Assembly: GCA_028023455.1 (NCBI GenBank)
Contig: JAQFVV010000007.1
Span: 2,976,001-3,040,000 of the forward strand
Direction of reading: 5' to 3'
Origin: Epiperipatus broadwayi
Taxonomy: Eukaryota; Animalia; Onychophora
Length of the DNA stretch: 64,000 nucleotides
Shown: piece by piece, positions 12,557 to 25,200 of the stretch
Layout: the number at the start of each line of letters is the position of its first letter
Position numbering within the stretch: position 1 is the stretch's first letter
Translations under genes and position numbers: made by a program
The notes under the pieces: generated by a model
Database searches by the model: none
The model's input: only the letters and a program-made list of their open reading frames with translations
What the model was told of the DNA's origin: nothing

Positions 12557-13534
12557 TAATCGGGCTTGGCCAAAACATCTAACAAATGCCATTTACAAGG
12601 CCTGACTTACAGCTATAGAAAACATCTAATGTTTGTCTTAGCCATTAGAAGGCCATTGATGATGACGTAATGCAGAACAATACGGCCTATTTCTGCTTCG
12701 CGACAGTTACTGTGAATCCACAACACTTATTTTTTGTGTACAGTTTGATATATATGTGTGTGTAGTTTGATTAGTCAAATTTTTACAATATACGTTACCC
12801 AATCTTTGTATTTGTAATGAATTTAAGAAACCTGACTTTATAGTAATTTTCCAAATGGCCACACCCTTATTTACAGAAGGTGTAATGTGTAAAAGCTTGC
12901 AGAGGGTACGTCAACAGAATTCGGCTGAGTTCGCGTGCGAAATCTCATTTTCACGTGAAATACCACGTAGTTCATAAAATGGCTGGCGATTGCATAACTT
13001 TTTCCGCAGTTGCTGAAAACAGAAGCCAAGTATTTCTGCTGTCCAATAAAAATATACACGATTTTTTGTAAATTTCATAGAAAGCACATATTATAAACAT
13101 GTTTAATAAGTAAAGAAAACATTTATATGTGTTTGTTGTTGTTTCAAAAAGTTTGAGTTTCTTTCTTTTGTCCGACTACGGTTACGATTTTGATATTTTT
13201 TTATTTTAGCATTACAAACAACAGAACACTAACCCTAACCCTACACAGCTGTTTTGTTATGTAGAAAGCAATAATTAAGCGAAAGACATCGCTAAATAGA
13301 CATCGCAAAAAAAAGTTCTAATTTGTCCAAAAACAGCGATTTAAAAATAAAAAAAAAGGTTGTCATTTACTAAATACAAAATTAAAAAGGCATGAAAAAA
13401 AAAGTTATAGCAATCAATAAATTAATAACCCAAAAAAAAAAAAAACAGCGATTTAAAAATCACATGGTCCCATAAACCGTACATTATATTGTTTTTGACT
13501 GCCAACAATGCCATCAAGTGGCCAAGCCTGATTA
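12557..13534. promoter_or_regulatory. CpG-rich island, probable housekeeping-type promoter (alternative: young TIR-bounded element)
   Basis: The only extended CpG-rich stretch in the window. Contains TGACGTAA (about 12664), perfect palindrome TTTCACGTGAAA (12949-12960), aaaATGGC (12979), CTAACCCTAACCCTAC (13229-13244), CAGCTG and GACATCGC twice. Bounded by a 16-bp inverted repeat (12557-12572 / 13519-13534, one mismatch). Confidence 0.55.
12979..13029 (+). CDS. Candidate first coding exon (MAGDCITFSAVAENRSQ) of an unidentified gene
   Basis: aaaATGG start inside the CpG island followed by CAA|GTATTT, a possible donor. Product not recognised. Confidence 0.25.
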
Positions 13535-13658
13535 CGTTATAATTACCAAAATTTGTAAATATATTTTATAATATGCTAGCAGCCATTTATATTCAATTAA
13601 AAAAAAAACAATAAAATTTGTAAATTTAATAAATTTTACAATACAGCAACAGGACTAT

Positions 13659-16600
13659 TGTGTATTGACTAGTTATGTATTTATTAAGAAAGTTATACAT
13701 ATACATATGTGTGTATAAGCTCTTCAATGCACACAATAGTAAGTCACTTTAAAGATAATTATATGCAGGAAAAAGAATTATAATAACTGCAAATAATAAC
13801 ATTCTAATTTGCAATATAATAAAGTCTAACAATATGCAAATTAGTAAAATTAAAAAAATTTGCCTACAAAACTTCTAATGAAACTGAATGAAAAGAATGT
13901 AAAATAAAGTAGAATGGAGAAAGAAAAAGAAGTGACTAGTGAAACTTGAAGTACAGAGTAAAAAGTTGATAGTGCAGTTGCTGACCTCTATTAGCAGTAG
14001 AAAAAGCTCCAATCAATTCTAATTAGCTTGACTCAGAGATATGTGTGAACAGTAAGGTGTTTACTATAAATTGTTAGTGAATGACCATCTGAAATTATGA
14101 GTATTAAAGAAAATGTATAGATGGTAAAATAAAGATTTTAATAATTAATGGAATTAGATGAGCTCTAATTAGAGAGATATTTATTTATCTACAGATATAT
14201 GAACTGTTCCATGATAAATAATGTTATTGTTTTCAACTAGCTAGTTGCCAATTGAACTACTAATCCTAATTACTAATATATGTTATTCAGAGCAAATAAA
14301 CTCAATATTTATTAAAACGTGTGTATCTATCAATTTATTACATTATAAATTGTAAAACTGCTAGATTATAGTCTGGTCCCATACATATTAAATAGTGCAG
14401 TCATCAGACCTTATTAAAAAGATAAGATCATAAATATCAAGTGATTAGGATATACAAAGAGAAATTCAGAAGAGCATAATAACTTTGTTTAATGTGAAAA
14501 ATCTGGAACAGTGGCAAATATACGTAAACAATGAAGAGAAATACATATTAATAAATGGGATTATTGATGAAAGTCACTATTCTTTTATTGATATCTGAAC
14601 ATTCCCTACAATTAGTAAATCACTTGTGTGAGCTGAAGCCACTGGAAGAAATCCCATATAAAAAAATATTGATAAAATTAAATGCCTACTTCAAACCAAT
14701 AACATCAAAATTTACAGCACGTCTTCGTTTCCATGGTAAAAAAAAATCATTGTGAATATGACTTAATACTATGGACCTTAGCAAAGGAAAAAGAATTCAA
14801 GAATTATATTGAAGAGATGCAGTGGATTAGTTGTCATGGGGCATCAGAGTTTAGGCAGATGCTGTTTTACATTGCATGCAAATCTATTCAAGAGCTAAAT
14901 ACCTTAAAAATATGGATAAATGTGGCAAGATCATGAGTGGCCTAAAGGAATTTAGAGCAGATTTCTCCTATTTGTTACTGTTGCAAAAAAACAGGCTATG
15001 TAAAAGCAAACTTTACATTTAAAACATATATGTTTTGGCTGCAGCTTAAGAAGTCATTTATCAAAGCTTTATAAAACTGTGACAAATGACAAACCAGGAT
15101 TTATCATTAAAAAGTAAATTAAGGAGCAGAGCATCAAAGAAAGTCACAAATTGCATGAAGATATGCCTAATATTTTAAAAGTCAAAATCTGCGGACAAAT
15201 GTTAAAGATGGAACTAGACAGTGGCATGGGCATATCATTAACATCACTAAAAGATTGGGCAGATATCCAGAAAAGAACAAAGATTAACAATGAAATGAAA
15301 AAACTACCTTGGCAGCAACAAAAGTAAATGAAAACATAAATATTAAACAAGTTGTATCAGTGCTCTTAAAAGTAAATAGCTGTAACAGAAATTTGCTAAT
15401 ACAGATGGTTATAAGAAACATTAGTCCAATATTAGAACAAATTTGGTTTAAGCGACTCAGAATAAGTATTGGACATGTTAAAACTGCTAATGTAAAAATA
15501 AATAACTAAAATAAATTTCCACCACTATATATAAATTGAAGTCCAAAATAGTTAATAGTAAAATTATAGTGCAATGGACTAAAATGAATAAGAACTATAA
15601 GTTAATAATAAATTGGATAAAAAATGGATGGCCAAAAAAAATGACCAAATGTATTCTAATGATTGACTGAATAATGATTCTACCTGAGGAATGGAAAAGT
15701 GTTTTACAGTTATTACACAAATAACACCCCACAGACTATTAGTTTGCAGACTAAAAAAGTCCAATCTTGGCCTGAGACTATGAGAGGATGGGAAAGAGTA
15801 CATTTAGACCATGCTGGGTCATTCCATGAATATATATTTTTTAATAGTCATAAATGTGTATTCAAAATGAATAGATTGTTTAGTAAAAATATTGTACTTT
15901 TTTCCACACAGTTATCCTGAATCAATTGTAACAGACAACAGCAGGGGATTCAGCTCAGAAAAATTGGATGGCATCCTTTCTCCAAAGACAATATGCATAT
16001 ACTTATACCAGCATGTCACTCTGGAATTGCGGAAAAGGCACTCCATTCATTGAAAAGTATTCTAAAAACAGAATTATGCTGATATCCCTAAAGTGCTTAT
16101 AACCATGTTTTACCAGTCTCCACATCAAGTTCCATTACAAGGGAAAGCACCCATGAAGTTACTAATGGAGCAGCACTGTGTATGGATGCATTTGTCTATT
16201 TTAATGCCAGATAAAATAAAAAGACTAAACTTTTTAAAAAATGTCATGTTTAAAGTAAAACAGACAGTCTGGGTAAAGGATATACTTAAGAAAAAATGGT
16301 TACCAGGCGAAATAAGTAAAATAAGTGTCTGCACAAATATGAGAGATAAGATTAGAAGATAATAGAGTTTTGAGATGTCATATAAATCATATTAAAAAAC
16401 ATCAGATTGAAACACTGGAAGAAATAATTATTACTCTGAGCCGATAAGGTTATTAAGTAAGACTGACACTTCTACAAGTACAGAGATGGGGATAGAAGAG
16501 AAATCTTCAGAAAGTTCTAGCTTGGATTTATGGAGCTAATTACTTCTTCAACAGTGAATTAACTAGTGAAGAGAAAGGACCTATATCACCATCCAGAAGA

Positions 16601-17336
16601 GCTAGGCTGTGAAGAAAACCAGTAAAGTTTCAAGATTTTATTTGCAAATAAAACTCTTATTTCTAGAATGAAGGGGAGGTATTGTTGTATACTGATTAGT
16701 TATGTATTTATTAATAAAGATATGCATATACATGTGTGTATAAGCTGTTTAATAGGGACAATGTTATGCCATTCTAAAAATAAGTATATGCAAAAAAAAT
16801 TTAGACTAACTGCAAGAAACAACATTCTAATTTGCATTATAATAAAATCTAACAAAATGTAAATTAGTAAAGTTAAAAAATTACCTGAAAGAATGCAAAA
16901 TGGAGTAAAAAAAAGGGGGGGGAGTTAAATGAAATGAGATTAGTGAAACTTGAAGTACACAGTAAAAAGCTGATATACAATTCCTGACCTCTATTAGCAG
17001 TAAAAAAAGAACTGCAGTCATTTCTAATTAGACTGACTCTGAGATGTGTGTTAGCAGTAAAGTGCTTAGTAGAAATTGCTAGTAAATGACTATCTGAAAT
17101 TATGGGTGTTAAAATGTATAGATAATGAAGTAAAGTCTTTAATAATTCATGGAAGTTAGATGAGATCTAATTAGAGAGATATTTATCTCTAGACAACCAG
17201 TTACCAGTTGAACTACTAATCCTAAAGCCAAATACATATTATTCAAAGTAAAAAAAAACTTGCATGTATGTATCAATTTAAGTTATATTATAAATTGTAC
17301 AAGAGCTAGATTATAGTTTAGCCCCATACATATTAA
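13659..17336 (+). mobile_element. Ty3/gypsy LTR retrotransposon, internally deleted (gag, protease, integrase; no RT/RNase H seen)
   Basis: Diverged LTRs at about 13659-14392 and 16683-17336; PPT gaaggggagg at 16670-16679. Gag LVNHLCELKPLEEIPYKKILIKLNAYFKP..ARLRFH; knuckle CYCCKKTGYV; protease MELDSG (about 15208); integrase WERVHLDHAGSF and GKAPMKLLM. Confidence 0.88.
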
Positions 17337-17519
17337 GTCCTTTCTGCTTTGGAGCACCATGCATGATTATGTTTATTAATAAAAAAATTTGGTTTATGTT
17401 AAAAACATATATATTTTATTTTTCTTTATTATCCTTTTCAAATTTGATGTACAGCATTTTATGTATGTTATATATAGAGTAAGTTAAAAACAAACTCTTA
17501 TGAAGCTTCAAAAATACCC

Positions 17520-19330
17520 TCAACCTCAGACCGCGGTTTCTGCCTCTAGCGTCATCAGTGAGGTGCTAGGTAATAAAAATACTAGAACTAGTACAGCATT
17601 TTATAAATGTCTTCTAAGCATAATGCTAAACGTTTTATAAAATTTAAGAACATTCATAAATTAGATATGGACTTAAAAGCATCAAACCAATTAGAAATGG
17701 CATAAAGTTGCTGAAAACAAAACAAATGAAAAAAAATTATATATATAAAAAAAAGAATATCACCCATCGCATATTTAATTGTGATGAAAGTCAAACATTT
17801 CATAATTCATTTTATTTAAAAAATAAAAATATGATCAAGCATTTTTTATTTTTGAGTGAATGTCTATGAGTAAACTAACTCAGTAAAATATATAAAAATG
17901 TGCCCTCCTAAGAATTATTAATAATAACTATATTATTATTTTTTTAAAACTTTGTTCACACTATAAATCTTAATTTATATATGTAATATGATACAAATAA
18001 AAAAGTGCTTTATGTTATATATATGTGCATGGTAAAAATATATAATTGCAGCTCAATAAATTATATGTGTTATATTACAATCAAAGTATAACAACAAAAT
18101 GTGATGTACATGAGGGGGGCTTGGAAGAAAAGATGACATGTATTTCATTACAATATAAAATTCTTTTAACAAAATCCAAAAATGACTGCTAGTTCTATCC
18201 CTACTCGATTACAATATTTGCATGGAAAAACTTGAAACTACTACCATAAATTACTCTACCCTCACCAAAAGCCTTGCTTCACTGTGACACACACATTCGA
18301 TTACCACATAATGAAACAGAATTACAAATATTTTGGACAAATATCAATAAAACATTTCTGTCAAATAAATCAAAACAGAATTAGGACAAGAACAAACAAT
18401 AAACTCTTTTAGATGTTGTGAGTAGACTCTCTTCATGGCAAAATCAAACTAGTATTTACAGAAAATTCACACTGCACTAGAAAATGAAATCATGATAGAA
18501 ACAGAAAAGACAAACTTATATCATTACTATGAAAACAGAAAAAAAGGAGTTGGTTTAGAAGCCAATGATTTAAAAAAAACATGCAATATAGAACAAATTC
18601 TCATGAAAGATTATTATCCATAAACTATAATTTAAAAATTCTTAAATAGACAACAAAAAGAAATTCCAAAAAAAAAAAAATAAATCCAATGATAGATTCT
18701 GTAATGCATCTATCTATACATAGACCAAAGACAGAAAACAAGCTAAAGAAAAATTGCAATCAATATATCAAAACAGCTTACTAAAGCCTAAACATAGTGC
18801 AAAGAATTTTAATCATTGAAAAACCTAAATTTGAAATACTGAAAAACAAGAATTGTATCTATGACAAACTAAGTAAATGTGGAAGAACATATACAGGTGA
18901 AACTAATCACTCTATTAAAAACAATTAAGATAACACAAAATAATGATTGCAGAGAAAAAAATAAAATCTAAAGTAGTATATCGTGCATGTACTAGTACAT
19001 GTGTTAAATTGAGAAAACACAATAATATTGTGCAGAGAGAAAAAATTTAAAGATGTTCATATGACCCCATAAGTGGACTTAAGTGTGATCAATCATAATG
19101 TTTAGAAAACATTCATTAACCTTGCCCTTAAATCAAGAAAAATAAAACATAAGGAATAAAGCAGAAAAAGAATAGGAGTTAGCATATTTAAAATTCTTAA
19201 AAAGAAAATGATCAAGGAAATAATTTATTTGGTTATAATCAAACCTTATTTAAATACAATACAAATTTGAAAGCTTAAGCATCACACGCACACACATATA
19301 TGCAAAGATGAATTAAATAATGTGTGTGCA
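17520..19330 (+). mobile_element. Degenerate Penelope-like element with inverted HHR-bearing pLTR upstream
   Basis: About 18190-18950 in broken plus frames gives MEKLETT, PHNETELQIFWTNINK, LDVV and KNCIYDKLSKCGRTYTGETNHSIK (GIY-YIG). About 17605-17635 is inverted-similar to about 19093-19115. Confidence 0.7.
17523..17564 (-). ncRNA. Minimal type I hammerhead ribozyme
   Basis: Minus strand reads ACCTCA-CTGATGA-CGC TAGAG GCA-GAAA-C CGCG G-TC-TGAGGT: 6-bp stem I, intact core, stem II with one C-A mismatch, palindromic ACCGCGGT stem III, GUC cleavage triplet. Confidence 0.85.
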
Positions 19331-21740
19331 CTTGAATGAGTGAAAGTTTAATTTTACAAACTTCAATTTAAAAAGAAAATGATAAAAATAAATAATAATG
19401 TGGAAACTCTTTATGTGAACATTTATCAAAATGAGCATCATAAAATTTATACCCACTAATTTTAAAAAATATTTGTTCACTATAGTGATATTTCATAAAT
19501 AAGTCACTATTTTTTCCCCAGAAAAATCACAAAACTTAAAAAAAAAAGACCTACAAGATAGATCATATTCAAGCTATTCTATATTTACTTACCTTAGTTT
19601 TGTCATAATGTTTCTATTTACATCAGAATGTTGACATCATTTCAAGCAGAAAGATTTCTTTATTTGATGAAATGTAATAATTTGAGGGGGTGCACCAAAA
19701 ATAAATCAGAAAATGTTCATTGCAATAGTTAAAATGCAATTCATTTATTACAACTATGTTGTAACTACAATAGAATCTCAATTTCATTTAAAGTAATATG
19801 ATGAAATGTGACAATTCAAGGTCAAAAAAAAAAAAAAAAACTAATCCCAAACAAAATACATCAAAAATTAATTACAAAATATATATTATGTTAACTAAAA
19901 TATATTTTATTAGTTTTTTTTTTTTAATGTGTTGAAGATCCTACATCATTTTAAATATTATGGTTACTGGATATATAAAAATAATTTTTAAATTTTATTT
20001 TATAATAAAACACACCAAAATCAATTAAAAAATGTACATTAATTATCTAAATTATGATTTACTTGCTAATTTCATACAGCTCTGTTCATAATTATATTAG
20101 AGAATTCCAGGTGATAAAATGTAAAAGTAGAAAAAGATTTATTTCTCAAATTATTTCAAACAAAATTTGATCACATTATAAGATGCAACAAAAATAAATT
20201 TGAAAAAAAATTACATTAGCTAAAATTTGGTTTTATTTCTTTAATTTAACGTGTTCATAACTACAATGGGATGGTGACAAATTTTTAAGCTATGTTGGTT
20301 ATTAATAAACTGGTAATTTATGTTTAAAAAATTCAGCAATTATAGTATTTATGAATTAACAGTTTATATACAAGTTAATATTTTAATTAATAATATGCTT
20401 TGTTAAACATTTAGTTATTAATTATCACTAATTCTAAATTTTATTTATGAATTGTTTTCAAATAAAATATTCAAGTTTATATATTTTGAATCGCATTATA
20501 ACTAATTATTTTTTTAATATTATAGAAAATCATCATATGAATATATAGTATTAAAAAACATATTTGTTATTAGAGCAAAAGCTTATGGAGAAGTATATAA
20601 TAAGACTGATAGGGTACTGCAGTCACTTGTTAATTACACAACTTTATTAAATTTGGACTTTTCCAGATTAAGTGTTCAGATTATCTCAAATTTTAATTTC
20701 ATTCTAGATGTAAATATTATTATATATCATGATTAACACTAAGCTGTAAATTAATTTAAATGAAATAAGATACTTATTATGTTATGATGTTAAAACCATG
20801 ACAAATCATGGAATTTAACTACTTAATAATAATCAAATATATTTCTGGCTATTGTAAAATCTATTTACTGATAAAGCACATGATCTTCACACTGAATTGT
20901 AAAAAAAGAACATTGCAATATTAACTATGCATATCTTTGAGCGGGAAGTTTTTGGGCAAACCTCATTATTATTATGTTTCCATAAATTGTGTTTGCATGG
21001 TCATTTATTAAGATATTTTGCTATTTTTTGTTAAAAAGCAAAATCACATTTTTTAAAGATTATCTAATTTAAAAAATAAAATAAAAAAGGTCAATATAAA
21101 TTGAAAAGTGACAAAGTTAAACGTCCTCTTGATGGCTTTGCTTCTTTGATCTGTATTTGCATTCAAGAAGATTTTTGTAACAGAAAAAAGATTGATATTT
21201 TGTATAGTTAATTAAAAAAACATAGTTATCTTTACACAATAATTGTGTAGTAATTATTAAAAAATAAAAATATATACATTATTACACTTTTATTTTATAT
21301 ATTTTATTTTTAAAAATAGAAAGTAATAACTTCTAACATAATATTAACAAAGAAAACCAAGACATTCTGTTTATGTCACTTTATGAAATTGATTGTCAAT
21401 ATATCAATGTGATATTGTATTAGGACTTTTTGAGATCTTTTAAAAATTATAAAACAATTTTGACCACAGCAGTTATAAGCTGTTTGTGATACTGCCAACA
21501 ATTTACAAATGTCATAAAATTTCATATTTTTTTAATGGAATGAGGACCCATTTCAGTACCTTTCTAAGTATATCTCCATTGTGCAAAAATAAAATTAGTT
21601 TGAATTTAGCTCACATAATATTTTATACACTCTTTTCAGATAGAGCAGTATTTCATATTACTTGTAGTTCAAATAGTTGTAATTTTTTTTATCATTTTTT
21701 TCCAAATGACATTTCTTTCCTCTACTTTATATGAGAAATA

Positions 21741-21998
21741 TTATAAAACTTATTATTCATTAAGGCTGTAGCCTCAAGCACATGCGTATAAAATGCGATA
21801 GTAGGGACCTCTACAGGTCTTAAAACCACAAGCTTACTCATTGGAAGAACACCTCTTTTCTTCCAATAAGTAAGCTTGTGGTTTTAAGACCTGTAGAGGT
21901 CCCTACTATCGCATTTTATACACGTGTTTGAGGCTACAGCCTTAATGAATATTATTTATGTAATAAATGTGCATTTAAATAAATTTATAAAACTTATT
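21741..21998. mobile_element. Near-perfect foldback element flanked by a 14-bp direct repeat
   Basis: Arms 21754-21849 and 21858-21951 with an 8-nt loop and few differences. ttataaaacttatt at 21741-21754 and 21985-21998. Confidence 0.8.
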
Positions 21999-23177
21999 GT
22001 AACTAATAGTAACAATAATAAAAAGCAAATTAATTTTATTATAATAACTGAATATAAGAAAGCAATCAACTGAATTCAATGAAGCAAACAATTTTATTTC
22101 TTTATTTTAGTGATTTTACGGCTATATTTTTTAATTTTTTATACAAACATTTTAATATTGAATGTAAATAATGTTTATAATAAAAAAAGTCAAATATGAA
22201 ATATTTATATAAATAAAACTCTTTTTAGAATATGAGATACCTTTTGAAGTCTGCATATTTCTATATCATGTTTTAGTGACTATAGATTAATATTTTATTA
22301 AAACAGAAATTGATAGATTTATCAGAGATTAAGATGTATTCATTCATTTATTTTTCATTTTCTGAAAACATGTTGCTTCATCCCTTTGTTCTTTATTATT
22401 ATTTTTTCAATATTTTGTAAGTTCAAATATAATTTTTTTAGAATGTTTTTCATTTGTAAATGCATATTTATATCAAATTTATGGAATTATAATTTAGATT
22501 AATTATTGAAAGATTACAAGAAGCAACAACAGAAAAAACAATGGATCCCTTGCAATACAAGAAAATTAACACATCTATAAATATTTATCTGATGAGTGTC
22601 TAATTATTCACTAATTTTATTTTGCCATTTTTTTTTCCAAAAAAAAAAGAGGAATAATATAGCATGCATGTAAATAAATATATATACTTTTTTGTGTATA
22701 AAATATCTTCTTTACACAACTAATACATTACAAACATCTACATAACTACAAATTCCATTGGAAATTAAAACAACATTTGTTCAGTACTGAGATCTTCCAT
22801 TTATCAGAAACAAAGACTTTCCTTACTAGTATTCATTAATGTATAAAGTAATTTTTTTAATAAAATATAACAATAGTTACTGGGATTTAGCTGTGACCAG
22901 ATAGGAGCACAGAGAATGTCATGGCTTAGTTTTATATTTTCAATAGCATTTGTAGTTATTAAAATAATCATAATATATAAAGCTAAATATATTTTCTGAA
23001 AATCAAATCCCAAGCAATGAATGTACATCCAGGCATATACCAACTAAACCAAATTCCCAAAAGCAAAACCATTTAGTCACCCATGAAGTTCAATATACAA
23101 AATGAGAACCACTTCCTCTTAATCCCAGAATAAAGATGAAATATTAGTAATGATAAATGACAGGAAATGTATCTTAC

Positions 23178-23255
23178 AGAGAGGATAATCTGTGATCTTC
23201 GCATCTTTTGTAGTTGAACACATTTTCTTAGAAGTGCCAGTTGATGAATGCGGCA
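23178..23255 (-). other. Candidate 78-nt symmetric exon
   Basis: tttttaatgtctag acceptor, gtaaga donor, two open frames (PHSSTGTSKKMCSTTKDAKITDYPL or CRIHQLALLRKCVQLQKMRRSQIILS). No recognised product. Confidence 0.25.
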
Positions 23256-23704
23256 CTAGACATTAAAAAGTTAGCATAAAATAAAAATCAAATTATTAAA
23301 TTTTTAAAATAAAACTTTTATTACACATATAAATAATTACTATTTGCATACATCAATAGAATATATCCAAATCACTGATATAAAGATTTATCTGTGACCA
23401 AAATTTTACAGCAGCCACTAAGAAAAAAACATAAAATAGTCAACTGCAGGATAAAGTGCACAAGTTTCGAAATGTAAAAAAAAATACCAACAAATCTGCT
23501 CATTGTTGGTAACTTTTACTCTTTTTTTCAAGTCAGAAAAAAATTTTAAAATAGAGGTTTAATATATTTAAATTCAAGAGAATACCTTGAAAAATGATAT
23601 ATAACTGTTATATCACACTAATCCATTTGAAACACTTATCTTTTCAGTATGTCACCTAGTTTGATAAATATGGAATAGAGGGTGAGAAAAATAAAAAAAT
23701 ATAA

Positions 23705-23776
23705 GCATTGGTCGCCTAGTGGCTAGCATAGCTGCCTTCCAAGCAGGTGGCCTGGGCTCACTTCCCCGTCAACACA
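23705..23776 (+). pseudogene. tRNA-Gly(TCC) pseudogene
   Basis: 72 nt colinear with metazoan tRNA-Gly-TCC; anticodon arm CTGC-CTTCCAA-GCAG (TCC at 23738-23740). Acceptor stem has two mismatches and the T-loop reads GCTCACT instead of GTTCGAT. Confidence 0.88.
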
Positions 23777-24769
23777 TTTGACATATAAAAAAAAAGAAAA
23801 TATTCAATAATTTCACGTATTGCACATAACAATTATCCACAAAATTTTAATTTGGTTTAAATAATGGTCACAAGAGTTTAAATTTTTTTTCTTTCAATTC
23901 ACTAACATTTTAAAAACTATTTAAAACTCTTAATATATATATACATAATTAGTATGTATATATAATTATATATGTATAATGAATCAGTAACTATGTTTGC
24001 TATTTAAAATTGTTTTACAATTTTTATTTTTTAAAACAATAATGAAAAATTAAAAAAACTCCCAATAATTTTTTAAAGCAATGACGGCAAATTTTCTATT
24101 TCGTAAAAGTTAGTGGGCTGCTGCTGATTCATTTGAAATTAATTTTTTTTTCTTTTTAAAATTGCAGGAAATCCAAATGGATTATGCATGTGCTAATACC
24201 ATCATTCTCTGTTGTTTGAGTTCTTTTTTAAAATGGTTCATGGCATGTTAAAATTGAACAAAATTCCAATTTTTTATTAATAATTTTATTAATAAGTTTT
24301 TTTTTTTCTGCACAATTTATTAGATTGTATAGAGAAAATAGTTATAAAATTTTCATCAAGTGATACTTCGATGATTTTGCAATTATAGGCCTTCAACCCG
24401 AAATTAGACATAACACCATATATTATATGTAAGTATTCGATTTTAGATTTTTTAATTTCAATATTATAATTTATTAATGTGCTTGCATTTATACCAGGTG
24501 TCTGTGTAGTATATAAATTATACTTGTATTCAAATATAATGAAAGTAGTGATTTATATACAATGTAATTTTGGGGATCTGATCCAAATTTGGTCTTATTT
24601 TATAGACATAATAATTTTAAAAAGGTTTAATAATTTATTAGTGTCTGTATTTGTATTAAGTGTGTTTGTACTTGCATATCTGTGTTTGTATAACAAGTAA
24701 TGATTTTCATATATAAAATTTGGCTATTGTAGAACAGTGCAATCTAAATTTTAAGACTCATTATCAGAT

Positions 24770-25200
24770 GCACAGAAAGATTGCAGTTGATGGAGCAATC
24801 ACAAAATTTACTGGGCATAGAACCATGAGAAAATATATTCTTAAAACCAATAAATAGGTTTCAAATGATGTTTGTGTGGTGATAGCCACAATGGTTATGT
24901 ATACCACATCGAACTGTATGCAGGCAAAGAATCAAATCCTGATTCTTGCCTATGCCTTGGTACTCATGCTGTGAAATCAGTAGTTTTGCTACATTTTGCA
25001 TCACTTATTTTCAAGTCCATTGCTAGTAAATGACCTATGTGCAAATGAATGATCTCTGTAAGACAATAAATATAACAAGATAGCACCACAGGTGTGCACA
25101 AAGAATATAAAATGAAAAGAGGAGGCTCATTTTATCATTGATATAGACAGTTACCTTCAATTTCTAATTTTGGATACACAAAAAGCCAATTGCTATGATT
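24770..25200 (+). mobile_element. piggyBac-like transposase remnant
   Basis: IAVDGAITKFTGHRTMRKYI (from 24780) and DSHNGYVYHIELYAGKE (from 24881) match the piggyBac pattern IDESM..F.GR...KQY...K..K.G.K......NGY...F..Y.GK. Frameshifted. Confidence 0.82.

Noticed and set aside
13229-13244. Telomere or telomere-addition site
   Set aside because: Only 2.5 units, internal; better treated as a promoter or TE motif.
21858-21905. Hammerhead inside the 21.8-kb hairpin (ACCT-GTAG-AGGT-C stem and GUC)
   Set aside because: Both core boxes have two or more changes and no stem I forms.
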